Shown: positions 9,208-19,292, numbered from the stretch's first letter. The stretch is DNA of 64,000 bases from Terriglobia bacterium (GCA_046331665.1 JAXLQK010000013.1:56220-120219); one strand, 5' to 3'. Made by a program: numbers and translations. The notes: generated by a model from the sequence alone, not told the origin.

Positions 9208-11802
9208 CTACGTCGGGGGAGCATCCAAGGTACTGATCAAAGCAGAGGATAGGCTCTGCTCCACGCTCTGGCTTAGTTTATGGCCGCCTTGGGTCAGGTA
9301 AAACACGTCAATGGCCCGATTGCCTTCCGTGGAAATGAGCGCTACTTCAATATTACAACTGTTCTGGGCCAGCGTCCGTGCGATGGTCGAGAGCAGGCCG
9401 TAGCGATCCCGCGTGACGATTTCGACAATCGTGTACTTCTCCGATGAGTGATCGTCAAAATTGATAAACGTGGCAACTGAACCCTTGTGTTTACGCTGGA
9501 AGAGAATACTACTTTCCCTTCGCCTGAGCAACTGAGATAAACTCTCTTCCCCGCGCAGAACCCGCTGCAAGGTGGACCGGAAATTTTCGACTTCACTTTT
9601 ATTCAGCTTGAAGGTCTGCAGCTCATCTTCAAACTCAATGATGTCCAGGATCATCCCCCCTGTATTGGAAAAAGCCTGTCCCCTCAAAATATTCATCCCG
9701 AAATAAGAAAGCACCCCGGTTAAATCGGCAAACAGAAAGGGACGGTCAAATGCCATGAGACTCAGTTCGTACGTGGTTCGGTAACGCGCCAGCTTGAAAG
9801 CCACATCATTCGGAGTTCTTAACTTTTCCGAAAGGCGAAAATGCTCGGCGATTTTCTTTTTGGGTGTAAATCGCAAGTAACGACTCGGAAATCCCTCCAG
9901 AAACATTTGGAGTTTCCCGCCGAAGGATTCCGCAGAGGCTCCGAGTTCTGTAGCGACTTGTTGGGTGAGACCACTATCTGTCTGGGTGCGCCAACGATCA
10001 TCGGCGAATTGGCGGGTCAACTGGGCTTCGGTTTCGACATAGAGTTGCCAAAGCAAGTCTGACTTCCACGGAGTCAACGCCTCCGGGCTCACGGCCTTAA
10101 TGTCGGCATAGGTCACCAGGCAAAGCATTCTCAGGTTCTCTTGCGAGCCCACGAAATCCGCAAAGCGTTTGATGACTGCCTCATCGGTAATGTCTCTCCG
10201 CTGGAAGGTCACCGACATTTCAAGATGATGCTTCACCAGGAATTGAATGGTGCTCGCCTCCTCCTCACTCAACTGGAGGCGAAGTATGATCGCGTCAAGG
10301 GCCCGCAAGCTGTTGTCGCAATGGTTGCCTGGATCGGCTTTCCCGACGTCATGAAACAGCATGGAAAATAAAACCAAATCAGGCCGGGGCAGAGACTTGA
10401 GAGTTTCGGCAAAGCGTTTCTCCTTGGGTTTGCGCGTATGGTAGAGATCTTCCAGGTTCTTGATGGTCAGCAACGAATGCTCATCGACCGTATATTTGTG
10501 AAAAAAATCCTGAATGACGTGACACCGGATTCTGTCAAATTCCGGGAATATAGCGCCCAATAATCCAATTTCATGCATCAACACCAAGGCTTGATAAATG
10601 CCCCGGGGCTGCTTCAACAATTTCAAAAAGAGATCGCGAATCTCTGTTGACCTCCGGACCTCGTCGTTGAATAAAGGGAGGTGTTTCTTGATCTGGTCCA
10701 AGGCCTGTTCACTGACTGGAATCTGGTACTTGGCCGATCGGGAAAAGAGCTTCAACATGTTCGCGGGATGATCGACGAGGACGGCCTCGTTGGGAAACCC
10801 CAGCGCACCGCGTCGAACGACTGTTGTGCTCCAGCGGTGTGCATGCAACCCGCCCGCCGCCTTTCGCATGGGAGGAAATGCGCGGCGGATCATCGACTCC
10901 CTAAATCCATAAATGGTTTTAGCCCGCAGAAAATAATCTTTCATCAGCCGCTCAACCGCCAGACTGCCATCCCCCTCATAACCCAGGAGCCCTGCCATTT
11001 CCACTTGCAAGTCATGAGACAGCACATTTCGATTCCGGCCGGTGATAAAGTGGAGATGGTTGCGAACCAGTAAAAGGAATTGTTGGGCCTCCACGACTCC
11101 TGACAACTCCTCTTTTCGCAGCAACTCATGCTCGGGGTATTGTTCCAGATCTTCGAGGTGATAGAGAATTTTCCCGATCCAACGGGTCAATTGAAAGTCC
11201 CGAAGGCCTCCGGGGGCATCTTTGATGTCCGGCTCAAGCTGGTAAATTGTGTCGTTGAAGCGTTTGTGCCGCTCTTCGTTGGCACTGACCAGGGCCTTCA
11301 AGAATTCTTTCCTGCGCTTGGCGAAAACGCGGGGAAGTTCCTGGCTTTTGAAATCCTCAAAAATCGAGTATTCTCCCGTGACGAAGCGGATGTCCAGGAG
11401 GGCGGTGGCCAATTCCAGATTTCGCGCCTCAAATTCATAATGTCCTTGCTGTAAGACGTGTTGTCCGATGTTCAATCCCAGGTCCCAGAGAGGATGAAGA
11501 AAGGTTCGCAGAAAGAGTTCGTCCCCCGAGACCAAGGACCCCGCGAAAAGCAAAATGAGGTCCACGTCAGAGTGCGGATGCAGTTCATGACGGCCAAAGC
11601 CGCCTGTCGCAAGTAAAGCCACCTTACTCCCGCTTGCCTCCAAGGCAGGGAGCGCAGTTTGAAACGCTTCCAGAACGACCTTCTCAACGAGCTTGGTGAC
11701 AGCGTTGAGAACCGGGCTCGCCTCTCGGGAATTCATGAGGCTCCGCTTAATGCGGTCTAACTCTTGATCGTATTGTTCGCGTTTCATAGCTGGAACCAAC
11801 AC
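9208..11802 (-). CDS. glnD: [Protein-PII] uridylyltransferase / uridylyl-removing enzyme
   Basis: 864-aa ORF with a nucleotidyltransferase N-terminus (GGFGRHELHPHSDVDL), an HD domain (FHDVGK) and two ACT-like C-terminal domains. Confidence 0.9.
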   Translation of the reverse strand: MLVPAMKREQYDQELDRIKRSLMNSREASPVLNAVTKLVEKVVLEAFQTALPALEASGSKVALLATGGFGRHELHPHSDVDLILLFAGSLVSGDELFLRTFLHPLWDLGLNIGQHVLQQGHYEFEARNLELATALLDIRFVTGEYSIFEDFKSQELPRVFAKRRKEFLKALVSANEERHKRFNDTIYQLEPDIKDAPGGLRDFQLTRWIGKILYHLEDLEQYPEHELLRKEELSGVVEAQQFLLLVRNHLHFITGRNRNVLSHDLQVEMAGLLGYEGDGSLAVERLMKDYFLRAKTIYGFRESMIRRAFPPMRKAAGGLHAHRWSTTVVRRGALGFPNEAVLVDHPANMLKLFSRSAKYQIPVSEQALDQIKKHLPLFNDEVRRSTEIRDLFLKLLKQPRGIYQALVLMHEIGLLGAIFPEFDRIRCHVIQDFFHKYTVDEHSLLTIKNLEDLYHTRKPKEKRFAETLKSLPRPDLVLFSMLFHDVGKADPGNHCDNSLRALDAIILRLQLSEEEASTIQFLVKHHLEMSVTFQRRDITDEAVIKRFADFVGSQENLRMLCLVTYADIKAVSPEALTPWKSDLLWQLYVETEAQLTRQFADDRWRTQTDSGLTQQVATELGASAESFGGKLQMFLEGFPSRYLRFTPKKKIAEHFRLSEKLRTPNDVAFKLARYRTTYELSLMAFDRPFLFADLTGVLSYFGMNILRGQAFSNTGGMILDIIEFEDELQTFKLNKSEVENFRSTLQRVLRGEESLSQLLRRRESSILFQRKHKGSVATFINFDDHSSEKYTIVEIVTRDRYGLLSTIARTLAQNSCNIEVALISTEGNRAIDVFYLTQGGHKLSQSVEQSLSSALISTLDAPPT

Positions 11803-11965
11803 TGCTTTTTAGCCGACTTAATCAGAATATGCAAGAACGATAGCAATCGGGAAACGGGCCTTGAACCAAAGGCTGTTGCCGATGTTGACAATCTTCCCGG
11901 GAAAGAGGAGATTTTCTGAGTAGAGTTTCATCGTAGCGTGGTTTAATGCGGAAGGAGATAAAGAC

Positions 11966-12933
11966 ATGAAGGCGGTTCGAATTCATGAACTCGGGGGCCC
12001 CGAAGTATTGTCCTTTGAAGAGACTCCCTTGGGGGAGCCGGGAAAGGGCCAGGCGGCCATTCAACTCCGTGCCATTGGAGTCAATTTTATTGATATTTAC
12101 CATCGAACGGGAGTGTATAAGATTCCCCTTCCCTTTACTCCGGGGATGGAGGCCGCTGGCGTTGTGGAGTCCGTGGGCCCTGGCGTCACCGACGTAAAAC
12201 CGGGGGATCGTGTGGGTTATGCGATGGCCATGGGTTCTTATGCGGAACGGGCCCTGGTCCCTTCCTGGCAGCTCGTGAAACTTCCAGAAGAAATCGGATT
12301 TGAAACGGCAGCGGCCGCCTTGCTTCAGGGGATGACTGCCCATTACCTTACACAGACGACCTACCCCATTCAGAAAGGCGATACCATCCTTCTTCATGCC
12401 GCGGCGGGTGGAGCTGGTCTGTTGATCATCCAAATGGCCAAACAAAGAGGGGCTCGAGTCATTGGTACAGTTTCCTCAAAGAAAAAGCTGATTTGGCACG
12501 GGAAGCCGGAATTGACGAAACCATCCTGTACACCGAAGTTGATTTCGAAAGTGAAGTCAAGAAACTCACCGATGGGAAGGGCGTGGCGGTTGTCTATGAT
12601 TCCGTCGGCAAGACCACTTTCGAGAAGAGCCTGAATTGTTTACGCCCAAGAGGTATGCTGGTTCTCTTCGGTCAATCGAGTGGTGTGGTCTCACCAGTAG
12701 ACCCGGGGATATTGGCATCCAAAGGCTCTCTCTTCTTGACTCGACCGTCCTTGGGCCACTACACCCTAAACCATGAGGAGCTCTTATGGCGGGCGGGCGA
12801 TATCTTTAATTGGATTGCCTCCCAGAAATTGAAAATCCGAATTGCCAAGACCTTTCCTCTCTCCGGCTGCGCAGAGGCGCAGCGTTTCCTGGAATCGCGG
12901 CAATCCACCGGTAAAATACTCCTAATCCCCTAG
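11966..12933 (+). pseudogene. qor: NADPH:quinone oxidoreductase (zeta-crystallin family), split by a 1-nt deletion near 12476-12480
   Basis: ORFs 11966-12634 and 12493-12933 join as ...GARVIGTVSS / KEKADLAREAGIDETILY... when the frame is shifted next to an A-run. Total length is 968 nt (969 minus 1). Confidence 0.8.
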
Positions 12934-13264
12934 GTCTCAGGCTTTCCCACATGGGCTGGCCACCCCCCCAAAAGGAAACGAAGCAAAGAGATTCCATGCC
13001 AATGCCTGGCAATCATTCACAAACTCCAGGGATCGCTGCGATTGGCTGAGAACCGGATTGACGGGTAGAATTCTCCCCCCATCGCCGCTTAGGGTTGAAA
13101 AAAACCGGGTCGACCCCACTCTCGCTCGGAGATAAAAGCAGTTCCACCACTCCGCTACCATCGTCTGATGTTTTAAAATGTGTTATATTCTGAATCCTTG
13201 GTCCTCTCGAAAAAGATTTTCCTAAAGACTCGAAGCATTAGGTCGAATAACTAGAACGAGTTAA

Positions 13265-14581
13265 GTGAAGATTCTCTTGATATATCACCAGCCTGAAACG
13301 CTGGCAATTTTGGAAGAATTTGCGGAGGCCGGGAAACACACCCTTGTCTTCAAGGGTGGTGTTGAAGAAGTTCTGTCCTCACCTGATAATCTAACCAGTG
13401 ATCTTGTGCTGATTGAGTTAGGAAATTCTACCCCTGTGATCAAACAGTTGCTCCAGAGCAGGAAAACACCCCCTCCTCCCACCCTCTTTCTCGGCAAGGG
13501 AACAGATGAGGAAATATCTCTCGCCTTTGATAGCGGGGCTTATTCATTCCTGCAGACTCCTCTGCATCCAAAGCTCCTGCAGATGTCCGTTCAGTCCATT
13601 CTGGACAGAATTCAGCTTGAGAAGAGCATCTTAGTGGTAGAAGACGAAAAAACCAAGGTTCAGCAAGAGCTCGACGGCTCGGTCGAAAGACAGCGAGAGG
13701 CTATTGCCGAGCGCGAGCTGACCTATCGCGAATTGCTCCTCGCCTATTCCCGGTTGCAGGAGCTGAATCAGTTGAAGAACAACTTTCTCGCCAAAGCGAC
13801 GCACGAGCTCAGGACGCCGGTGACCGTCATCAAAGGCTATCATCGAATCCTGCTTGACGAACGCCTGGGGGAACTTCTCCCCCAACAGAAAGAGGTCCTT
13901 CTTGAATCCGAGCAGAGTTGCGCCCGGCTGATCAGGATTGTCAACTCCCTGCTCGATTTTTCCCGGATCGAAGCGGGAAAGCTGGAGCTCATCTATCAGG
14001 AATATGATCTCACCTCAAATGTCAAGCTGGTCATGAGCCAAATCAAGGAAAGCGCCGACAAAAAAGATTTGCAGGTACGGGTCAAGATTGAGAAGCATGT
14101 GCCGAAGCTTAGTTGCGATCGAGACAAAATGAATCAGGTCCTTGCAAACTTGTTGGATAACGCGGTCAAGTTCACGCCCCCAGGCGGACGCATTTCCGTC
14201 ATGGCCAGCCCCTATTACTGGGACCGCAGGAGCCTTCCCCATCAACGGCGGGGAACCCCGTCCTCCCGGCCAGCAGAGACGGCAGAGCCCCCGGCAGGCG
14301 AAGGCATGGCGAACAATTCTGTCCTCATTGAAGTCTGTGATACGGGATGCGGAATTTCGGCCGAACACCAAAGGGAGATCTTTGAGGAATTTACCCAAAT
14401 TCCTTCCCAGCTGTCACAACGCTCAGGACTGGGATTGGGATTGGCCATTTCCCGTCGGATCATTGAGGCCCATGGAGGAAAAATCTGGGTGGAGAGTGAA
14501 ATAGGCCAGGGGAGCCGTTTTGCGCTAATCCTGCCTGTAAGCCCAGTTGAGGCCAGCGGGGGAAGACGAGACATTGATTAG
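13265..14581 (+). CDS. Sensor histidine kinase with degenerate N-terminal receiver-like domain
   Basis: 438-aa ORF with a GTG start. It has the H-box ATHELRTPV, N-box LLDNAVKFT and G-boxes DTGCGI / GLGLGLAI. The N-terminal ~120 aa look receiver-like but lack the acidic pocket (IYHQPE) and have Glu at the phospho-site (LVLIELG). Confidence 0.85.
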   Translation: MKILLIYHQPETLAILEEFAEAGKHTLVFKGGVEEVLSSPDNLTSDLVLIELGNSTPVIKQLLQSRKTPPPPTLFLGKGTDEEISLAFDSGAYSFLQTPLHPKLLQMSVQSILDRIQLEKSILVVEDEKTKVQQELDGSVERQREAIAERELTYRELLLAYSRLQELNQLKNNFLAKATHELRTPVTVIKGYHRILLDERLGELLPQQKEVLLESEQSCARLIRIVNSLLDFSRIEAGKLELIYQEYDLTSNVKLVMSQIKESADKKDLQVRVKIEKHVPKLSCDRDKMNQVLANLLDNAVKFTPPGGRISVMASPYYWDRRSLPHQRRGTPSSRPAETAEPPAGEGMANNSVLIEVCDTGCGISAEHQREIFEEFTQIPSQLSQRSGLGLGLAISRRIIEAHGGKIWVESEIGQGSRFALILPVSPVEASGGRRDID

Positions 14582-14608
14582 CGGTCATTAAGCGTTGGAA
14601 TCAGGGTT

Positions 14609-16021
14609 ATGAACGAAATCACTTCAATCTTGGTAGTAGATGATGAAGAGGGAATCAGGAACTATCTGCGAACCCTCCTAAAACTCAAAGGCTACGAAGT
14701 CACCACCGTTTCCAGTGGAAACGAGGCGATCGAGTATTTCAGCTCAAATCCTCCGCCATCGCTGGTCTTGATGGACATTTTGATGCCTAATATCGATGGG
14801 ATCGAGACCTTAAAGCGGCTGCGCAAGTCGGACAAGGAATTGCCCGTCATTATGCTGTCCTGCATCGGCGAAACCCGCACCATTGTTGAGGCGATGCGCT
14901 CTGGAGCCACCGATTACCTCAATAAGCCGTTTGAAGAAGCTGAGTTGGAAATTGCAATCCTGAAAGCCTTGGATCGCAAGAAGCTGGTCGAAGAAAACAA
15001 GATTTTGCGCGAGCAGAATGAACAGCTGACTGAAGAATACCGCTTCGTCGCCTCGAATCCCAAGATGGTGCGAATCCGCGAGCTGATTACCCAAATCGCC
15101 GACACCGATGTCACAGTGTTCATTCAGGGGGAAAGCGGTGTGGGAAAAGAAATTGTGGCGCGAGAAATTCATCGCGGGTCGCCACGGCGGGATAAACCCT
15201 TTGTCAAAGTCAACTGCGCCGCCCTCCCATCAGAACTCTTGGAGAGCGAACTGTTCGGTTATGAAAGGGGCGCCTTTACCGGCGCGTTTCGCCTCAAGCA
15301 GGGAAAATTTGAACTGGCCAATTATGGGACCTTGTTCTTGGATGAGATCGGGGACATGGCACCCGTCCTGCAAGCCAAATTGCTGCATGTCCTGCAGGAT
15401 AGTGAATATTCAAGACTCGGCGGAAAGAAAAACGTGGTGATTGACGTCCGTATTCTGGCTGCCACCAATCAGAATCTGGAACAGGCCATGCAGGAAGGAC
15501 GATTCCGGGAAGATCTCTATTATCGGCTGAATGTCGTGAATATTTCGATCCCGCCGTTGCGTGAACGAAAAGAGGAGATCCCCGTCCTCTGCGAACATTT
15601 CCTGCACAAGCATCACCGGAAATATAATGCGGGAAGCCAGCCTCTATCTCAAAGCCTCACTGCCCATTTGCTTGAATATGACTGGCCGGGAAATATTCGT
15701 GAGCTTGAAAATGTGATGAAGCGTTTTGTCATTTTCGGAAATGAACAGCAAATCATTGATGAGTTGATCCAGAAGACTGAAAGCCGCCGAAGAGCGGACA
15801 AAGTTGCCTTCGAGAAACCCGCTATCGAAATCGTCAACGAAGAAACAGCCCCAGGCATGAACCTCAAGAACATGAGCCGGAGCCTCACCTCATCCGCTGA
15901 GAAAGAAGTAATTTTGCGCGCTTTGCAACAGACCCAGTGGAACCGAAAGCAGGCGGCCACGATGCTGAATGTAAGCTATAAAACTCTGCTCAATAAGATT
16001 CGAAAATTGGATATCAAGTAA
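14609..16021 (+). CDS. Sigma-54-dependent response regulator (NtrC family)
   Basis: 470-aa ORF with a receiver (VVDDEE...LMDILMP), an AAA+ domain carrying the GAFTGA loop, and a C-terminal Fis-type HTH. Confidence 0.9.
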   Translation: MNEITSILVVDDEEGIRNYLRTLLKLKGYEVTTVSSGNEAIEYFSSNPPPSLVLMDILMPNIDGIETLKRLRKSDKELPVIMLSCIGETRTIVEAMRSGATDYLNKPFEEAELEIAILKALDRKKLVEENKILREQNEQLTEEYRFVASNPKMVRIRELITQIADTDVTVFIQGESGVGKEIVAREIHRGSPRRDKPFVKVNCAALPSELLESELFGYERGAFTGAFRLKQGKFELANYGTLFLDEIGDMAPVLQAKLLHVLQDSEYSRLGGKKNVVIDVRILAATNQNLEQAMQEGRFREDLYYRLNVVNISIPPLRERKEEIPVLCEHFLHKHHRKYNAGSQPLSQSLTAHLLEYDWPGNIRELENVMKRFVIFGNEQQIIDELIQKTESRRRADKVAFEKPAIEIVNEETAPGMNLKNMSRSLTSSAEKEVILRALQQTQWNRKQAATMLNVSYKTLLNKIRKLDIK

Positions 16022-16165
16022 TCCGATACTCCTTCCAATCAATAGCCAAGTAAATTCGACGGCCCCTCCTCTTCGTCTCCAGCCATCTCCTGTATCGGGA
16101 CCTCTCCCCAGTGTTTTCAAGGCGCAGGAATCCGCATGATCCTCCGGCCTTCACGACAGAATCGG

Positions 16166-16534
16166 CTATTTAAGCACTAATTGGAGAAGAGAGATCAGAC
16201 TTGCGGCGGTGAAAGGTTTCGGCAGAAAAAGGACGCATCCCGAGGAGAAGCTCTTCTTAATCATGTCGGTTTCTTTGCTGGCAGTCACCATGATAATCGG
16301 GATGTCTTTAAAGCTTGGATTACTTTTGACCGCTTGGGCAAAAGTATTCCCGTCCATCTCCGGCATCAAGGCGTCTGTAATAATGGCATCAAATTTTTCT
16401 TGCTTCAGGAGCTCCACCGCCAATGCCCCATTGAGCGCAGTGGAGACTTTGAATTCTTTTTGTGTCAAGATGGTTTTGACTAGCGTCAAAATATTTTGGT
16501 CGTCGTCGACTACCAGAATGTGCTTTTGACTCAT
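16166..16534 (-). CDS. Single-domain response regulator (CheY-like)
   Basis: From ATG at 16534: MSQKHILVVDDDQNIL...AIITDALMPEMDG...VTASK. Confidence 0.85.
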   Translation of the reverse strand: MSQKHILVVDDDQNILTLVKTILTQKEFKVSTALNGALAVELLKQEKFDAIITDALMPEMDGNTFAQAVKSNPSFKDIPIIMVTASKETDMIKKSFSSGCVLFLPKPFTAASLISLLQLVLK

Positions 16535-16758
16535 ACACCTTGGATCCTTTGAGATGCCGCGGGCACGAATACTGTTTGCAGCCATTCTATGTCGCGCTCA
16601 GGGAAAATCAAGCGAAACCTTTTGGACTCTCGGCTCACCACCGAGGTAAGCTTTCCGCAAAAGATGCCATAATGGTCACTGGCGATGCTTTTCCCCTGGA
16701 AGGAGCAACCCTCAACGGCCGGCAGCTTCTTCCCCATTCAGCCTCAACCCATACGACG

Positions 16759-17262
16759 ATGGAGTATTCTTTTTGCCCAAAATGCGGCGGAACACTGGAG
16801 CTGGTGGTCGTCAAACCGTTCGAACCGCCACGAATGGTTTGTATCCGCTGCCAGTTCGTTTTTTTCCAGGATCCCAAAGTAGCCGCCTGCTGTATTGTTC
16901 ACATCGATCAGAAAATCATTTTACTCCGCCGCGCCATCCATCCCGGGTATGGGAAATGGGTTTTCCCCGGGGGCTATGTAGATCGCGGTGAAACGGTAAC
17001 GGCTGCCGCCATTCGCGAAGCTCGGGAAGAAGTCAATCTCGAGGTCCAGCTCGTTTCATTGCTCGGGGTTTATTCCTACCCCCAGAGCCCCGTTATCATC
17101 ATTGTTTACGTCGCCGAGATGAAAGGCGGAACCCTCCTCGCTTCCGATGAGACACTCGAGGTAAGCGCTTTCGCTCCTCGAGAAATTCCTTGGGAGGAGC
17201 TCGCTTTTCCGAGCACAACCGAGGCTTTGAAGGACTTTGTCAGGCTTTACTACCCTGAATGA
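16759..17262 (+). CDS. NUDIX hydrolase with N-terminal zinc ribbon
   Basis: From ATG at 16759: MEYSFCPKCGG...CIRC, then the Nudix box GGYVDRGETVTAAAIREAREEVNL. Confidence 0.8.
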   Translation: MEYSFCPKCGGTLELVVVKPFEPPRMVCIRCQFVFFQDPKVAACCIVHIDQKIILLRRAIHPGYGKWVFPGGYVDRGETVTAAAIREAREEVNLEVQLVSLLGVYSYPQSPVIIIVYVAEMKGGTLLASDETLEVSAFAPREIPWEELAFPSTTEALKDFVRLYYPE

Positions 17263-17326
17263 GAACAAGTGTCAAGGCACCCTGTTTTGGCAAAGAGCTC
17301 CTATCACGCGACCAGAGGACTGCAAA

Positions 17327-17728
17327 ATGAATACCGATAATCCAGCCATCCGGGTCATTATGATGCCCAAAGATACCAACGCCCGGGGAACAATCTTCGG
17401 CGGTGTCATCCTCAGCTACATTGACCAGGCCGCCGCGGTTGCCGCGCATAAGCAATCCAATAAGAATTTTGTGACCAAGGCCATGAATGCCGTTGAATTC
17501 GTATCTCCTGTTCATCTGGGAGACATTGTCAGCTTCTATGCACAAATCCTGCGGATTGGTAGAACCTCTATGACGGTGAGGGTTGATGTGGAAGCCGAAC
17601 GCGCTTTGCTCGAGGGTCAAAAGCAATTGGTAAAGGTCACGGAAGCGGAAGTTGTCTGCGTGGCTGTCAATACAGAGGGTAAACCCATCCCAATCCTCGA
17701 TGAACCTCCTCGCAATCCAAAACCGTAG
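17327..17728 (+). CDS. Acyl-CoA thioesterase (hotdog fold)
   Basis: From ATG at 17327: MNTDNPAIRVIMMPKDTNARGTIFGGVILSYIDQAA..., a typical YciA/acyl-CoA hydrolase N-terminus. Confidence 0.8.
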   Translation: MNTDNPAIRVIMMPKDTNARGTIFGGVILSYIDQAAAVAAHKQSNKNFVTKAMNAVEFVSPVHLGDIVSFYAQILRIGRTSMTVRVDVEAERALLEGQKQLVKVTEAEVVCVAVNTEGKPIPILDEPPRNPKP

Positions 17729-17786
17729 CTCCCCCTCTCCCCAGACTGTTGAACTCTTCCAGTTCATCAAGAAATTTTAATTTCAG

Positions 17787-17942
17787 AAAATTGACCTAAA
17801 GTTTTTGCTCGAAGATATCGAAAAAGACTATGGTTCTCGAATTCAACCAGCATTTAACCATTCAAAAATAGTCAAAAATTTGACCTCACCAGCCAAAATA
17901 TTGACGGAATAAGGCTCTAATTACATAATTGTACCGTCAATA
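17787..17942 (+). promoter_or_regulatory. Candidate regulator/activator binding sites upstream of the fliA-like gene
   Basis: An AT-rich spacer holds three direct AAAAT(n)TTGAC repeats (17787-17797, 17875-17886, 17896-17907). It also holds a perfect 9-bp inverted repeat, TATTGACGG (17899-17907) / CCGTCAATA (17934-17942). Confidence 0.3.
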
Positions 17943-18059
17943 AGCCTCCTTTTCGCCTCGGTAGCATCCGCAAAGACTCAATATTAATCGTTTATAATCA
18001 ATAGCTTAAAAAATTACTCTCCGCTCGCGGTTAACTTTTTTTGATCGGACATTTTTACC

Positions 18060-18076
18060 TGGTCACACTTTTGCAT
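18060..18076 (+). promoter_or_regulatory. Candidate sigma-54 (-24/-12) promoter
   Basis: TGGTCACACTTTTGCAT has GG and GC at the canonical spacing and a perfect TTGCA -12 element. The -24 element is imperfect (TGGTCA versus TGGCAC). It lies 190 nt upstream of the fliA-like start. Confidence 0.4.
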
Positions 18077-18265
18077 AACACAAGCCATCGTGTTGCTTGA
18101 AGTGAGAAGTTTGGAGGCCAGGTTCTGATGTACTCATCGCCAAGATTTATATCCAAGATTCTTTCGGATCGGCACTGGCGAGTCCGCAGCAGGATGGAGG
18201 GTTCAATTAGATCTGGCGAGATTCCTTATCACGCTTCCGTTTGAATTCAGGTCCTTGAGGAGAAG

Positions 18266-19051
18266 ATGATGCTACAGACACAGTCTCAAAAGAAAGCGGC
18301 GGTACCCAATCGAACCAGTTCTGCTCTTCAAAAGAGAGAAGATCTGATCCTGGAGCACATTCCGCTCATCAAATATCACGCTTATCGCCTCGCGAGCCAA
18401 CTACCTCCCAACATCGAAATCAACGACCTGATCAACGCCGGCGTCCTGGGACTAATGGATGCCATCGAAAAATTTGAGCCCTCTCGAGGAGTAAAATTTA
18501 AGACCTATGCGGAGCTGCGCATCCGCGGCGCCATGATAGACAGTTTACGGGAACTCGATTGGGCCCCTCGTTCTCTCCGGAAGAAAAGCAAGGAGCTTTC
18601 CAAGGTGTCCCAAAAACTGCAACAAGAACTGGGACGAGAAGTCAGCGACCAGGAAATTTGCGCGGAAATGGGGATCGAGCTTGAGGAGCTTTACAAATTG
18701 GAAGACCAGCTGACCGGCCTGAGCATCGGAAGTTTCTATGATGCCTCCCGGAAGTTTGGAGAGGAGGATAGTGATTCAGAAAGCCTGATCAATTACTATC
18801 CAGACGACGCTGAAAAGGGCCCACCGACGGTTTTTGAAAAGGAAGAACTCAAGCAAATCCTGGCCGATGCGGTCGACTGCCTCAGCCGCAAGGAGCGTTT
18901 GGTCGTTTCTCTCTATTATTTTGAAGAACTAACGATGAAAGAGATTGGCGCGGTTTTGCGGGTCAATGAGTCCAGAGTCTCACAACTTCACACCAAAGCG
19001 ATGCTTCGGCTTCGGGGCAAATTGAAGAATTCTTCCTATCGACCCAAGTAA
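18266..19051 (+). CDS. fliA: RNA polymerase sigma factor, FliA/WhiG (sigma-28) family
   Basis: 261-aa ORF. Region 2 reads LINAGVLGLMDAIEKFEPSRGVKFKTYAELRIRGAMIDSLRELDWAPRSLR. Region 4 reads LTMKEIGAVLRVNESRVSQLHTKA. Confidence 0.85.
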   Translation: MMLQTQSQKKAAVPNRTSSALQKREDLILEHIPLIKYHAYRLASQLPPNIEINDLINAGVLGLMDAIEKFEPSRGVKFKTYAELRIRGAMIDSLRELDWAPRSLRKKSKELSKVSQKLQQELGREVSDQEICAEMGIELEELYKLEDQLTGLSIGSFYDASRKFGEEDSDSESLINYYPDDAEKGPPTVFEKEELKQILADAVDCLSRKERLVVSLYYFEELTMKEIGAVLRVNESRVSQLHTKAMLRLRGKLKNSSYRPK

Positions 19052-19172
19052 AACCACGGTAGTTATTAACTCTAAGGTATCGCTGGTAAGGACTGTTCTT
19101 TCTAATCTAAATGGTTGCCTCCCTCGACGTTAGCAGCAGCGAGCCAAGCTCCCCAGTCAATTAATTGACACC

Positions 19173-19292
19173 TCACAAGTACTTTATTAATAAGAACAAA
19201 AAGAATAGGACCACATAATAAAGCCCCAAAATCACAAGAATAACCAACCCAATCACCTTCTCGAAATTCCATTTAATTCTTGGCTTTGTCAT
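19173..19292 (-). CDS. Possible 39-aa single-pass membrane peptide
   Basis: Below the ORF-track cutoff: MTKPRIKWNFEKVIGLVILVILGLYYVVLFFLFLLIKYL. It sits in an AT-rich spacer downstream of the kinase operon. There is no homology evidence. Confidence 0.2.
   Translation of the reverse strand: MTKPRIKWNFEKVIGLVILVILGLYYVVLFFLFLLIKYL

Noticed and set aside
16540-16758. Long N-terminal extension of the NUDIX ORF, and similar extensions at 17237, 21185, 28195, 29139, 34490, 39767 and 40787
   Set aside because: The extensions overlap neighbouring genes or lack family similarity. The internal ATG codons are placed where the conserved family N-terminus begins; I noted Shine-Dalgarno-like purine runs upstream only for some (for example 40910).
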